Assembly: GCA_009840635.1 (NCBI GenBank)
Contig: VXNL01000020.1
Location: 13,883 to 77,882 of the forward strand
Direction of reading: 5' to 3'
DNA from: Acidobacteriota bacterium
GTDB taxonomy: Bacteria; Acidobacteriota; Vicinamibacteria; Marinacidobacterales; Marinacidobacteraceae
DNA: 64,000 nt
Within the stretch, counting starts at the first letter, position 1, and each line of letters starts with the position of its first letter. Both the position numbers and the translations under genes were made by a program. Below the pieces are notes generated by a model that was not told where the DNA came from, made no database searches, and saw only the letters and a list, made by a program, of their open reading frames with translations. Shown here one piece after another: positions 37,973 to 47,624 of this stretch.

Positions 37973-38718
37973 CGCACCTCCGGCCCTCCCCGCCGGTCGT
38001 CCCGGACGAAACGGTCGCGGGCGGGCATCCGGATTCGGGGCAGCGACTCGGCGTCGAGGGAGTCGCCCGACTCGAGGAGCCCGTTCAACTGCAGGATGAA
38101 AGCGGTCAGGGCGTAGACGTCGTCGGGAGGCAGGCTGCCGGGCGCCGCCTGGGGCATCGCCCGCCGGATGTAGTCGAAGAGCGTGGTCGCGTAGGGCCAG
38201 TAGCTGCCCACCGTGATCGGATAGCGCCGATCCTCGGAGAAGGGAAAGCGGTCGCCGGGGACGCGGCCGGCCAGGGCCTCGAACTGGGAACCCTCGCCGC
38301 GGGCGCCGTGACACTGGACGCACTGCAGCCGGTAGAGGGTCTCGCCCCGTTCCACCGAACCGCTGCCCGGAGGCAGTCCTTCGCCGTCGGGTCCGATGTC
38401 GATGTCCCAGGCGGCGATCCGTTCCGGGCTGGCGGTCTCGCCGAAGCCGAAATCGGGGAGTCCGGCGATGTCTCGAAGGCCACCCTCGCGCGCCTGGCGG
38501 AGCGCCTCGAGTTCCGCGTCGTTCAGCAGGCCGGGCATCCCGGGGTGGAGTTCGGGCCGGGGCAGCGAGGACGACGCTTCGGACGGAACCGGCGTGGCGG
38601 CATCATCCTCCGCGGCGACCACCGAGGAGCCGGTCGAAGGTTCCGGGCCGCAGGCCGAGAGCAGCAGGAGCGCGGCGGCTGCTGCGGCGTAGCTAGCCGG
38701 CAAAAAAGACCCGCCCAT
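37969..38718 (-). CDS. c-type cytochrome lipoprotein (SorB-like electron acceptor of the sulfite dehydrogenase)
   Basis: 249 aa from ATG 38718. Lipobox LLLLSAC and a single haem motif CVQCHG. The stop overlaps the glnS start (ATGA 37969-37972). Confidence 0.65.
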
Positions 38719-39952
38719 CGGACTCCACGCGCCAGGACCGGATCTGGTTGTAGTGGTAGCGCGTATAGGACCCACGGGCCTCGAGGAGTGCGTCCCGGGT
38801 CGGTTGGACGTATCCCGTCTCGTCCGTCGCCCGGCTCATCACGGTGGCGCTCCGGCCGTTCCAGTTCCAGAGCTTGCGGAAACGCACGTGGCATTTCGGG
38901 AGCACGGGGTCCTGGAGTTCGGCGTCTTCCCAGGTGTCGCCGCCGTCGGTCGAGATCTCCACCCGGGTGATCAGGCCCCGGCCGGTCCAGGCGATGCCGC
39001 GGATCTCCCACCAGCCTGGCCCGCCGAGCCGCTCGGGGAAGGTCGGGAAGGTGATCAGCGACTTCGCGTCCATCCCGAAGCTGAACATCCGCGCCTTTCC
39101 CCCGGGGAGGGGATCGGTGTACTTGGAAGTCTCCTCCCGGGTCATGAAGGGCCGGTCGGACAGGTCGAGCCGGCGCAGCCACTTCACACTCGCGTTCCCC
39201 TCCCATCCCGGAAGGAAGAGCCGGACGGGATAGCCCTGTTCGGGCCGCAGGGGTTCGCCGTTCTGGGCGTAGGCGACGATGGCGTCGTCCCAGGCCTTTT
39301 CCATGGGAACCGAGCGCGTCATCACCGCGGCGTCCATCCCTTCGGCGAGGAACCAGGTGGCCTCCGGGCGGGCGCCCACCTCCCGGAACAGGAGCTTGAG
39401 CGGCACGCCGGTCCACTCGCTGGTGCTCGTCAGGCCGTCCATCTCCTGGGGGCTCATGTTCGGAAAACGCCCCCGGTTCTGGAAGGCCGTTCCTCCGTTC
39501 CCTGAACACTCGAGGAAACGCAGCTTCGATTCAGCGGGGAAACGCTTGAGGTCGGCCAGCGTGAACGTCTGCGGGCGCTCGACCATCCCGTGGATGAGCA
39601 GTTCGTAACGCTCGGGGTCGATGTTGGGAATTCCCGCGTGGTGCCGTTCGAAGTGGAGGTCGGCCGGGGTGACGATTCCCTGGAGATACTGGAGCGGGGT
39701 GCGCGATGACGAGGAAGGCTCCAGCACCCGGACCAGCCGCCGCGGGGTCTCGAACGCCGAGCGCTCCCCCAGCGGACGCGGCACGAGGCCCTGCATCTTC
39801 GTGGGGTCCTCGGGCGCCCGGGGCCGGGGTTTCGGGGCATCCGCCTGCTGGGCGCCCGCCACCGCTCCGGCGCCTACCGCGGCGGTTCCGACGACCCCCG
39901 CGAGCAGCTCGCGGCGCGAGGGAAGCCCGCCGTTCTCCCGGTTCTTCGCCAT
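38693..39952 (-). CDS. sorA: sulfite dehydrogenase / sulfite-oxidase-family molybdopterin subunit (SorA-like), Tat-exported
   Basis: 419 aa. Tat motif SRRELLAGVVG, then FERHHAGIP, FLECSGNGG (Mo-ligand Cys context), and a C-terminal dimerisation-domain-like sequence. Confidence 0.8.
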   Translation of the reverse strand: MAKNRENGGLPSRRELLAGVVGTAAVGAGAVAGAQQADAPKPRPRAPEDPTKMQGLVPRPLGERSAFETPRRLVRVLEPSSSSRTPLQYLQGIVTPADLHFERHHAGIPNIDPERYELLIHGMVERPQTFTLADLKRFPAESKLRFLECSGNGGTAFQNRGRFPNMSPQEMDGLTSTSEWTGVPLKLLFREVGARPEATWFLAEGMDAAVMTRSVPMEKAWDDAIVAYAQNGEPLRPEQGYPVRLFLPGWEGNASVKWLRRLDLSDRPFMTREETSKYTDPLPGGKARMFSFGMDAKSLITFPTFPERLGGPGWWEIRGIAWTGRGLITRVEISTDGGDTWEDAELQDPVLPKCHVRFRKLWNWNGRSATVMSRATDETGYVQPTRDALLEARGSYTRYHYNQIRSWRVESDGRVFFAG

Positions 39953-40006
39953 GGCCCGGATTATGGCGGATTCGGGTGGTGTGCGACGGACTGCCGGGCG
40001 CCTCCA

Positions 40007-40015
40007 TTGCTAGAA
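40007..40015 (+). promoter_or_regulatory. possible extended -10 promoter element
   Basis: TGCTAGAAT (TGn + TAGAAT) lies 82 nt upstream of GTG 40097. No convincing -35. Confidence 0.25.
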
Positions 40016-40096
40016 TCGTTCGCCCTCCGCCCCGGGTTTGCGTCTCCGCCCGAGCCGTGCCGATCCGGTCGGGGCGGCGTCAGGAGGAGTCCCACC

Positions 40097-41050
40097 GTGC
40101 AGAGTGTTCATCGGACCGCCCGGAAAGGCGGCCTGTTCGTGCTGGCAACCGCGTTGCTGCTGTCGGCAGCGGCGCCGGCGCTTGCCCAACGCGGCGCGAT
40201 CCGTGGAAAGATCGTCGATCCGGACGGCAATCCGGTACCGGAGGTCCAGGTTTCCATCGTGCTGCTCGATGGCGGTGGCCGTCCCATTCGGGTCAAGACC
40301 AACGACAACGGAGAGTTCCTCCGGGCCGGTATCCCGGTGCAGATGTACCGGGTGTCCTTCGAACTCGAGGGCTGGGAGCCGTTGCAGGCGATGGTGACCG
40401 TCTCGAACGGGGGCCAGAGCATCATCAACGAAACCCTGCATCCGCTTCCGGAGGGAGTGCTGAGCCAGGCGCAGGCCGACCGTGCGAACCAGCACCAGCA
40501 GGCGGCCCAGGACGCCTTTCAGGACGGTGACTTTGGCCGCGCAGTGACCGAGTGGCAGGGCTTTTTGGAACTCCTCCCCAATGAGGCCCCCGCCCACTTC
40601 AACCTGGCCGCGGCCCACGAGCGGGCGCAAGACTTCCCCGCCGCCATCGAGGCGTACGAAGCGGCATACGCGCTCGACGACTCCATGCTCGAGGCGATCA
40701 TGGCGGTCGGGGACCTGCACGGCAGGCAGAGGGAATGGGAGCAGGCGCTCTCGGCCTTTGACCGGGCGATGGAGCTTGTCGAGGGGAACGCGGTGAACCT
40801 CTTCAACTACGCCGTGTACGCGAGCAACGCGGGCAAGGTCGAACTGGCTGACGAGTTCTACGCCAAGGCGGCGGAGGCCGACCCCGAGTTCGCCCCCGCG
40901 CACCTCCAGATCGGGATGGCCAGAGCGCGGGAGGAAGATCGCGAGGGAGCGATCGCCGCCTTCGAGCGGTTCCTGGAATTGGACCCGGACGGCGCACAGG
41001 CGGTCATGGTCCAGGAGATCCTCGACCAGCTCCGCAATCCTGGCTCTTAG
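40097..41050 (+). CDS. secreted carboxypeptidase-regulatory-like domain + TPR repeat protein
   Basis: GTG 40097 with AGGAGG 8 nt upstream. Signal peptide, then GKIVDPDGNPVPEVQVSIV (CarbopepD_reg-like), followed by several TPR-like A/Y/F-rich helical repeats. Confidence 0.65.
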   Translation: MQSVHRTARKGGLFVLATALLLSAAAPALAQRGAIRGKIVDPDGNPVPEVQVSIVLLDGGGRPIRVKTNDNGEFLRAGIPVQMYRVSFELEGWEPLQAMVTVSNGGQSIINETLHPLPEGVLSQAQADRANQHQQAAQDAFQDGDFGRAVTEWQGFLELLPNEAPAHFNLAAAHERAQDFPAAIEAYEAAYALDDSMLEAIMAVGDLHGRQREWEQALSAFDRAMELVEGNAVNLFNYAVYASNAGKVELADEFYAKAAEADPEFAPAHLQIGMARAREEDREGAIAAFERFLELDPDGAQAVMVQEILDQLRNPGS

Positions 41051-41053
41051 CCG

Positions 41054-41947
41054 ATGCCATTGCGCGCCGGACGCCGGCTCGTCGTCTGTCTTGCCGCGCT
41101 CTGGGCAGCTACCGCGTCCGCGCAGGACGACGGCCTGCGCGTGTTCATTTCCGCGGACATGGAGGGCCTCAGCGGCATCGCCCATTCGGAGATGACGTCG
41201 GCTTCCGGAGCGGAGTACGGCCGCGGCCGCGATCTCATGATGAGCGACGTGAACGCCGCCATCCAGGGAGCGCTCGACGCCGGGGCCACCGATATCCTGG
41301 TGAACGACAGCCACGGCAGCATGCGCAACGTCCGGGTCGAGCAGCTTCTTCCGCCGGCGCGGCTGATCAGCCACAACTCGAAGCCGTTCGGCATGATGCA
41401 GGGGATCTCCCGGGACTTCGACGCCGTCTTCTTCATCGGCTACCACACCCGGGCCGGCAATCCCGACGGGCTCATGGCGCACACGGGGTCCGGCGCCAGG
41501 ATCCGCGAGATCCGGGTGGACGGCCGGCCGGCCGGCGAGGGAGACATGAACGCCCTGCTGGCGGCGCACTACGGGGTGCCGGTGGCGCTGGCGACCGGCG
41601 ACGAGGCGTTCGCGAAGGAACTCGGCGAGCTCCTCCCGGACGCCGAGTTCGTTTCCGTGAAGCGGGCCATCCGGCGGACCACCGCGGAGCTTCTGCACCC
41701 GGAAGTCACGGCGGGGCTGATCCGGGAAGCCGCCGCCCGGGCGCTCGAGTCCATCCCGGAGCCACTGCCGGCGCCGGGTCCTCCCGTCGCCATCGAGATC
41801 CAGTACACGCGGCCCGACCTCGCGGAGATCGCCTCCCTGCTGCCGCAAATCGAACGAAGCGCCCCGGATACGGTGCGCTTCGAAGCCCGGGACATGGCGG
41901 AGGGTTACGCCATCATCCGTGTCCTCTACCGTAATCTGTCCGAATGA
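41054..41947 (+). CDS. M55-family D-aminopeptidase (DppA-like)
   Basis: 297 aa. Signal peptide, then VFISADMEGLSGI, VNDSHGSMRN and FIGYHTRAG. Confidence 0.85.
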   Translation: MPLRAGRRLVVCLAALWAATASAQDDGLRVFISADMEGLSGIAHSEMTSASGAEYGRGRDLMMSDVNAAIQGALDAGATDILVNDSHGSMRNVRVEQLLPPARLISHNSKPFGMMQGISRDFDAVFFIGYHTRAGNPDGLMAHTGSGARIREIRVDGRPAGEGDMNALLAAHYGVPVALATGDEAFAKELGELLPDAEFVSVKRAIRRTTAELLHPEVTAGLIREAAARALESIPEPLPAPGPPVAIEIQYTRPDLAEIASLLPQIERSAPDTVRFEARDMAEGYAIIRVLYRNLSE

Positions 41948-43629
41948 GGAGACGCCCTGCAATGTTCCGAACGAACCGATGTACAACGCTGCTGACCGTT
42001 CTCGCCCTGCTGCTGGCCGCCGGTGCGACCGCTCTGGAAGAGGAGGAGACGAATACCACCGACCTGGCGGTGCCCCTCCACGCCAAGCTCGGTACGGTCA
42101 GCTACCCGGTGAGCGGCGCTTCGGAACTGGGTCAGCAGTACTTCGATCAGGGACTCCGCCTCGTGTACGCCTTCTGGATGGCCGAAGCCCGGCGTTCCTT
42201 CGACGAGGCGGCGCGTCTGGACGACAACGCGATGTCGCACTGGGGACGGGCCCTCGCCTACGGGCCATATCTCAACCAGGGATCCCCGCCCGAGGACCAG
42301 CTCGAGACCGCCTGGGAAGCCATCAGCCGGGCCCGGGAGTTGGCCGGGGCGGCCACGGAAAAGGAAAAGGCGATGATCGAGGCGCTGGCCGCCCGCTACT
42401 CGGAAGATCCGGCGGCGGAGCGCGAACCGCTCGACAAGGCGTACCACGAGAAGGCCCGGTCCTTGGCCGAAACCTACCCGGATGACATCGAACTTCAGGT
42501 GCTCGCAGCAGCGTCCTACATGAACACCACCCGCTGGAACTACTGGGACGATGACGGGAAGCCGCTGAACGACGGCACCCTCTGGCTGGTGGAGCAGATC
42601 GAGCGCGCCCTCGACATGGACCCGAACCACCCCGGCGCCATCCACTACTACATCCACGGGGTCGAGGCTTCCGACAACCTCGCGCGCGCGGTCCCCCACG
42701 CACGGAACCTGCCCCGGACCATGCCCGGCGCCGCCCACCTCGTCCACATGGGGGCGCACATCCTGATCCAGACCGGAAACTACGACGAGGCGGCGGACTT
42801 CAACCTGGACGCTGCCGCGGTGGACGAGCTCTACATCGGAATGCCCGATCAGGAGGGCCGCTACCCGGTCGGTTCGTATCAGCACAACGTCCACTTCGCC
42901 TGGTCCGCGGCGCAGTTCGAGGGCCGGAGCGCCGTGGCGCTGCAGCAGGCCTACAAGCTGCGCGACAAGGTGCGGGTCCAGGTCGGCCCCAACCGGATCG
43001 AGGAGTCCTCGCGTCCGCAGCTGTTCCTCTCCATCCCGCTGTTCGCACAGGCGCGCTTCGGCCGCTGGAACGACATCATGAGCGAGCCGCAGCCGCGGGC
43101 CGAATACCTCTTCGAGACGGCGATCTGGCACTACGTGCGGGGGCTCGCCCATTCGGCCACCGGCAACGTGGCGCAGGCCCGCGAACATCACGAGCAGGTG
43201 GCCGCCATCGCGGCTGACGAGAACCTCCCCGGGATGGGGCGGGTCTCGGCCAAGGACATGCTGCGCCTCGCCGCGACCGCGCTCGAGGCCGACATCGTTT
43301 CACGCCACGACGCGCCCGGGAAGGCGATCCCGCTGCTCGAGGATGCGATCAACATCCAGGACAACCTCGCCTACACCGAGCCACCGCCCTGGTACATGCC
43401 GATGCGGCAGACACTCGGCGCAGTCCTGCTCGAAGCGGGTCAACCCGACCATGCCGAAGTGGCTTTTCGCGAGGACCTGAAGGACTGGCCGGAGAACGGC
43501 TGGTCGCTCTTCGGGCTGCTCGAGTCGCTCCGCGCCCAGGGCAAGACCGACGAGGCCAACCGGGTCCAGCGGCGTTTCCTGCGCGCCTGGAGCCGCGCCG
43601 ACATCGTCCTGACCGCCGCGAGGTTCTAG
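41944..43629 (+). CDS. secreted TPR-like helical repeat protein (hypothetical)
   Basis: 561 aa. ATGA overlap with the M55 stop. Signal peptide. YFDQGLRLVYAFWMAEARRSFDEAARLD and later helical repeats. Confidence 0.6.
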   Translation: MRRRPAMFRTNRCTTLLTVLALLLAAGATALEEEETNTTDLAVPLHAKLGTVSYPVSGASELGQQYFDQGLRLVYAFWMAEARRSFDEAARLDDNAMSHWGRALAYGPYLNQGSPPEDQLETAWEAISRARELAGAATEKEKAMIEALAARYSEDPAAEREPLDKAYHEKARSLAETYPDDIELQVLAAASYMNTTRWNYWDDDGKPLNDGTLWLVEQIERALDMDPNHPGAIHYYIHGVEASDNLARAVPHARNLPRTMPGAAHLVHMGAHILIQTGNYDEAADFNLDAAAVDELYIGMPDQEGRYPVGSYQHNVHFAWSAAQFEGRSAVALQQAYKLRDKVRVQVGPNRIEESSRPQLFLSIPLFAQARFGRWNDIMSEPQPRAEYLFETAIWHYVRGLAHSATGNVAQAREHHEQVAAIAADENLPGMGRVSAKDMLRLAATALEADIVSRHDAPGKAIPLLEDAINIQDNLAYTEPPPWYMPMRQTLGAVLLEAGQPDHAEVAFREDLKDWPENGWSLFGLLESLRAQGKTDEANRVQRRFLRAWSRADIVLTAARF

Positions 43630-43669
43630 CTGGCAACGCCGGCTTCAGCCGGCGCCACCACCCGGCGTT
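43630..43669. terminator. hairpin between convergent genes (contains a partial R1 core)
   Basis: CTGGCAAC GCCGGC-TTCA-GCCGGC GCC. The outer stem AACGCCGG (43635-42) pairs with CCGGCGTT (43662-69). No U-tract. Confidence 0.35.
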
Positions 43670-43694
43670 CCTTGCCGTCCCCGCGCTCCGGCGC

Positions 43695-46124
43695 TCAGGA
43701 CCCTGCCTCGGCGCCACCCGACGACGACGTCGGCAGGGTGATCACGAACTCGGCGCCGTTCCCGACTTCCGAGTTCACCGCCAGGGTGCCGCCGTGGCCC
43801 CGGACGATGTCGTGGCACAGGGAAAGGCCGAGACCGGTGCCCTTGTCCGTGTCCTTCGTGGTGAAGAACGGCTCGAAGATCTTCTTCAGGTGTTCCTCGG
43901 GGATGCCCGGTCCGTTGTCCTTGATCCGCACCTCGATTTCGCCGTTCTCCTTGCGGCTCGTGACCTCGAGTTCCGGCTGGTAGTTGGGGTCCGAGTCCTC
44001 GGCGAGCTGCTTTTCGAAGGTGGCCTGGCAGGCGTTCGTGACGATGTTCAGGAACACCCGGCTGAGGTCCTGCGGCACGGCCTCGACGGCGCCCACGTCG
44101 TCCGAAAAGTCCTTCTGGATCGTCATCTGGAAACGGCTGTCCACGGCGCGCATGGAGTGGAAGGCGAGGGCGATGTACTCCTCCAGCATGGCGTTGATCT
44201 CGGTGGGGCGCCGTTCGCCACCTTCCTTCCGCGCGTGTTCCAGCATGCCGTAGACGATGGAACTGGCCCGCTTGCCGTGGTGAACGATCCGTTCGAGGTT
44301 GCCTGACAGGTCGCCGCTGATGTCCTCGATTTCCGCGAGGGACTCCTCGGGGACGTTTTCCTTGACGGTCTCCAGCTCTTCCTTGAGGTCCTCGAGCAGT
44401 TCGTTCGAAATGTCGGCGAAGTTGTTCACGAAGTTCAGCGGGTTCTTGATCTCGTGGGCGATTCCGGCGGTCAACTGGCCGAGCGATGCCAGCTTTTCCT
44501 GCATGACCATCTGGTCCTGCGCCTTCTCGAGGTCCTCGAGGGTCTTGGCCAGTTCCTCGTTCTGCGCTTCGACCCGGGTCGCGAGTTCCTCGACCAGGTT
44601 GAGGCGCTGCACCTCGAGGGCGTGCTTCCGGAAGACTTCGAGGGCCTGCGCCATCTCGCCCACCTCGTCCTGACCCCGGACCTCGATGCGCGTCTCCAGG
44701 TCGCCGCCGGCCATCCGGCGCATCGCGCGTGACAGCGCCGTGAGCCGGGCGATCAGGAACCGCCCGACGAAGAGCCAGAGGATCAGCGCGGCGCTGCTGA
44801 TCCCGAGGACGTTCAGGGCCACCAGCAGCGATCGTCCGAGGTTCAGGGCCGCTTCCGACTGCTCGGTGGCGGCCAGCGCCTCCTGCTCGAGGCCGACCGT
44901 GAGAGTGCCCACCGCCACCTCGAGTGAGTCGGTGATGGATTCGTTGCGGGCGAGGTAGCCGAGCTGGTTCCGGAGTTCGGCGAGGTACTCCCGGCGGACC
45001 GGGAACGCGCCGTCCTGCGCGAGACCCAGCTCGTAGATCGCGTCCAGGGTCTCCCGCAACTGCCGGGGAGCGCGGTCGCCGATCGTGTCGAGCGCCCGGA
45101 AGGTGCCGGCGGTGGCCGCCCGGAACCTCTCCTCCAGCGTTTCGACCAGTTCCAGATCGTCCTGCACGACGACGTCGGCGATCAGGCTGCCCGCCAGGTT
45201 CCCGCGCGCGTCCACGGCGCTGAGCGCCTGCTGGTACATGACCTCCACCTCCGCGCCGCGCACCTCAAGCGGCGCCGGGTCGTCGCCGAGTTCCCGGAGG
45301 CCGGTCGCCATGTAGAAGACCTGGTCATCCAGCAGGGGAACGATGAGCTCGTTGAGCTCGCGGCTCCGGACGACGGTCGCTTCCTGGAGCTGTCCCAGCC
45401 GCTCCTGCAGGACGACGCCGCTCTCCACCGAGACCTGGATGTCCCGCAGGTTGCCGGCGAGCGCCTCGGAGAACTCCCGGAGTCCCGCCGTCCGTTCGCC
45501 GGCGCCCAGTTCGGAGGACAGCTCGATGATGCGGGCGGCCGACTCCAGCAGGTCGAGTTGAGGGACGGAATCGTCCGGAGCGACCTCGGTCTCAGGGTCG
45601 GTCGCGAGCTGCCGATTGCGGGCCTCGGCTACCAGGCGGGGCGCGGCGGCGGCGAGGCTGGTGGCGAGTTGTCCGATCTGGACGGCGTTGGTCAGCGCCG
45701 GGACGTGCTCCGTGTTGATCTCGCGCTGGATCCGGCCGACCTGGAAGAACGCGACGAGCGCGATGATGCTGGCGATCAGGGTGAAGACGATGGCCGCACC
45801 GAGGCCGGCGGCGATCTGGACGCGCAGGCTCTGGCGGAGCGCGAACTTCCGCCGGAACCAGCCACCCTTCTCCGCGGCGGCGGGCTCGGCCGCGGCTTCC
45901 GGCTCGTCCGGCGGTCCCCCATCGGTTCCCTCCGGTTCCGCGCCGCTCTCCTCGGCCGACAGCGGCGTTTTCCCCGACAACGCTTCGCGGAGCGCGCCGA
46001 CGATCGAGAGTCCGCCCGACCCTTCCGGTTGTTCCTCCGACTCCGGCGGCGACTCCGCGGTGGCGGGACTCGCCTCGGGGTCCGGAGTGCCGTCCTGCCG
46101 GTATTCCGGTTCCTTGTCGGCCAT
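43695..46124 (-). CDS. membrane sensor histidine kinase (extracytoplasmic helical domain, HAMP, HisKA, HATPase_c)
   Basis: 809 aa. Acidic N-terminus, 2 TM, HAMP (LIARLTALSRAMRRMAGGDLETRIEV), H-box GIAHEIKNPLN, N/G boxes NACQA, IKDNGPGI and GTGLGLS. Confidence 0.85.
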   Translation of the reverse strand: MADKEPEYRQDGTPDPEASPATAESPPESEEQPEGSGGLSIVGALREALSGKTPLSAEESGAEPEGTDGGPPDEPEAAAEPAAAEKGGWFRRKFALRQSLRVQIAAGLGAAIVFTLIASIIALVAFFQVGRIQREINTEHVPALTNAVQIGQLATSLAAAAPRLVAEARNRQLATDPETEVAPDDSVPQLDLLESAARIIELSSELGAGERTAGLREFSEALAGNLRDIQVSVESGVVLQERLGQLQEATVVRSRELNELIVPLLDDQVFYMATGLRELGDDPAPLEVRGAEVEVMYQQALSAVDARGNLAGSLIADVVVQDDLELVETLEERFRAATAGTFRALDTIGDRAPRQLRETLDAIYELGLAQDGAFPVRREYLAELRNQLGYLARNESITDSLEVAVGTLTVGLEQEALAATEQSEAALNLGRSLLVALNVLGISSAALILWLFVGRFLIARLTALSRAMRRMAGGDLETRIEVRGQDEVGEMAQALEVFRKHALEVQRLNLVEELATRVEAQNEELAKTLEDLEKAQDQMVMQEKLASLGQLTAGIAHEIKNPLNFVNNFADISNELLEDLKEELETVKENVPEESLAEIEDISGDLSGNLERIVHHGKRASSIVYGMLEHARKEGGERRPTEINAMLEEYIALAFHSMRAVDSRFQMTIQKDFSDDVGAVEAVPQDLSRVFLNIVTNACQATFEKQLAEDSDPNYQPELEVTSRKENGEIEVRIKDNGPGIPEEHLKKIFEPFFTTKDTDKGTGLGLSLCHDIVRGHGGTLAVNSEVGNGAEFVITLPTSSSGGAEAGS

Positions 46125-46128
46125 CCCG

Positions 46129-47352
46129 TTACCTCAGCGAGGTGAGGGGCCTCAAACTGCCGTTCGCTTCGATTCGGGTCAGGAACACGCGGTCCGAGCC
46201 CTGGGTGTCACCGCGCCCGTACGTCAGCGAGAAGCCGCCGAAGTCCAGGTTCCGGATGGTGGTGAGCGTCTCGAGGAAACCGGCCCGGGTGAGTTCCGGA
46301 CCCGCTCGTTCGAGAACCTCCCCCGCCAGACGGCCCGCGATGTATCCCTCGAGGGAGACGAAGCTGGGCGGGGCTCCCCGCTCCTGCCGCCGGAGCGCGT
46401 CGCGGTAGTTCCGCACCACCCGGAGTGAGTTGTCTTCGGGGAAGGGAACGACCTGGGTGATCAGCACCCCTTCTCCGGCCGCTCCGAGATCGGCGGCGAG
46501 CGCTTCGCTCCCCACGAAGGAGATGTTCATCAGGATGGGGTTGAAATCGATGCGCCGGGCCCAGCGCACGAACTCCGCCACCGGGCGGTAGGCGCCGATG
46601 ATGATCACCGCTTCGGGGTCTGCCCGGCGCAGTTCGAGCACGGCGACCTTGACGGCCGTCGTGTTCCGTTGGTACGCCGCCAGTCCGCTCAGTTCCCGCC
46701 GCCGGGAGCTGAGCGCCATCCGAACGCCTGTCAACCCCGCGTTCCCGTAGGAGTCGTCCTGATAGAGGACGGCGATCCGGGAAACACCGAGATCCTCGAT
46801 GAGCCGTTCGACCATCTCGTCGGTTTCCTGGAAATAGGAAGCGCGGATGTTGACCGCGGTCGGCGCCTCGTCCGGCTCACGGAGGAACTCCGCACCCGTG
46901 AACGGGCCGATGTACGGTGCGCCGGCCTGTGCCACCACCGGTTCGGCCGCCCGCGAGGTCGGCGTTCCGACGGGGCCGATCAGAGCGAAGACGTTCTCCT
47001 CCTGCAGCAGTCGGCGGGTGTTCGCAAGCGCCGCCTCGGGCTCATAGCCATCGTCGAGCGAAACCAGTTCCAGCGTGCGGCCGTGTACCCCTCCCCGGCG
47101 GTTGATCTCGGCGAACGCGGCCTGGATGCCGAGCCGCATGCCCTGCCCGAGGGCGGCGGCCGGGCCGCTCAGCGCTGCCGACTGTCCGAAGAGGACGCGG
47201 TCCGGACTGACTCCGGGGGTCGGTTCCCCGTCCTGGGCGAACGCGGGAGCCCGGCTTCCCGGGATCAGGGCGGCGGCCAGGCAGAGAAGGGAGATCCAGC
47301 CGGCCCGCGACCGGCGGTCCGCCACCGGCGACGGTCCCTCCCCCCCAGGCAT
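46129..47352 (-). CDS. periplasmic solute-binding protein, LivJ/Peripla_BP_6 type
   Basis: 407 aa from ATG 47352. Signal peptide, then VLFGQSAALSGPAAALGQGMRLGIQAAFAEINRRGGVHGRTLELVSLDDGYEP. Ends 5 nt before the kinase start. Confidence 0.8.
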   Translation of the reverse strand: MPGGEGPSPVADRRSRAGWISLLCLAAALIPGSRAPAFAQDGEPTPGVSPDRVLFGQSAALSGPAAALGQGMRLGIQAAFAEINRRGGVHGRTLELVSLDDGYEPEAALANTRRLLQEENVFALIGPVGTPTSRAAEPVVAQAGAPYIGPFTGAEFLREPDEAPTAVNIRASYFQETDEMVERLIEDLGVSRIAVLYQDDSYGNAGLTGVRMALSSRRRELSGLAAYQRNTTAVKVAVLELRRADPEAVIIIGAYRPVAEFVRWARRIDFNPILMNISFVGSEALAADLGAAGEGVLITQVVPFPEDNSLRVVRNYRDALRRQERGAPPSFVSLEGYIAGRLAGEVLERAGPELTRAGFLETLTTIRNLDFGGFSLTYGRGDTQGSDRVFLTRIEANGSLRPLTSLR

Positions 47353-47356
47353 AGGC

Positions 47357-47624
47357 CTAGTGCGGTGTCCCGCAAATCGCACGGCATTCCCGAGCCAAGA
47401 GGGATAGGAGCCGGGTGAACCCGTCCCCTGTCCCTCTCGCTCCGGGGTCTGCGCGGGGCTCACGCCCCGCTGGCGACGCAAGCGGCGATGCATCCCGGCT
47501 GAACGCTGCGCTCGGCGTTCCGAATCAGTCGGAATACACCCGGTATTCCTCCCGATTCGCGCCTTGTCAGCCGGGCGCCTCGCCGCTCTCGGTGACTCGC
47601 ACGATTTGCGGGACACCACACTAG
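47357..47624. repeat. 269-bp intergenic element bounded by 27-nt imperfect inverted repeats
   Basis: The left arm 47357-47383, CTAGTGCGGTGTCCCGCAAATCGCACG, matches the reverse complement of the right arm 47598-47624 at 24/27 positions. The interior contains at least three further hairpins. Confidence 0.8.
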
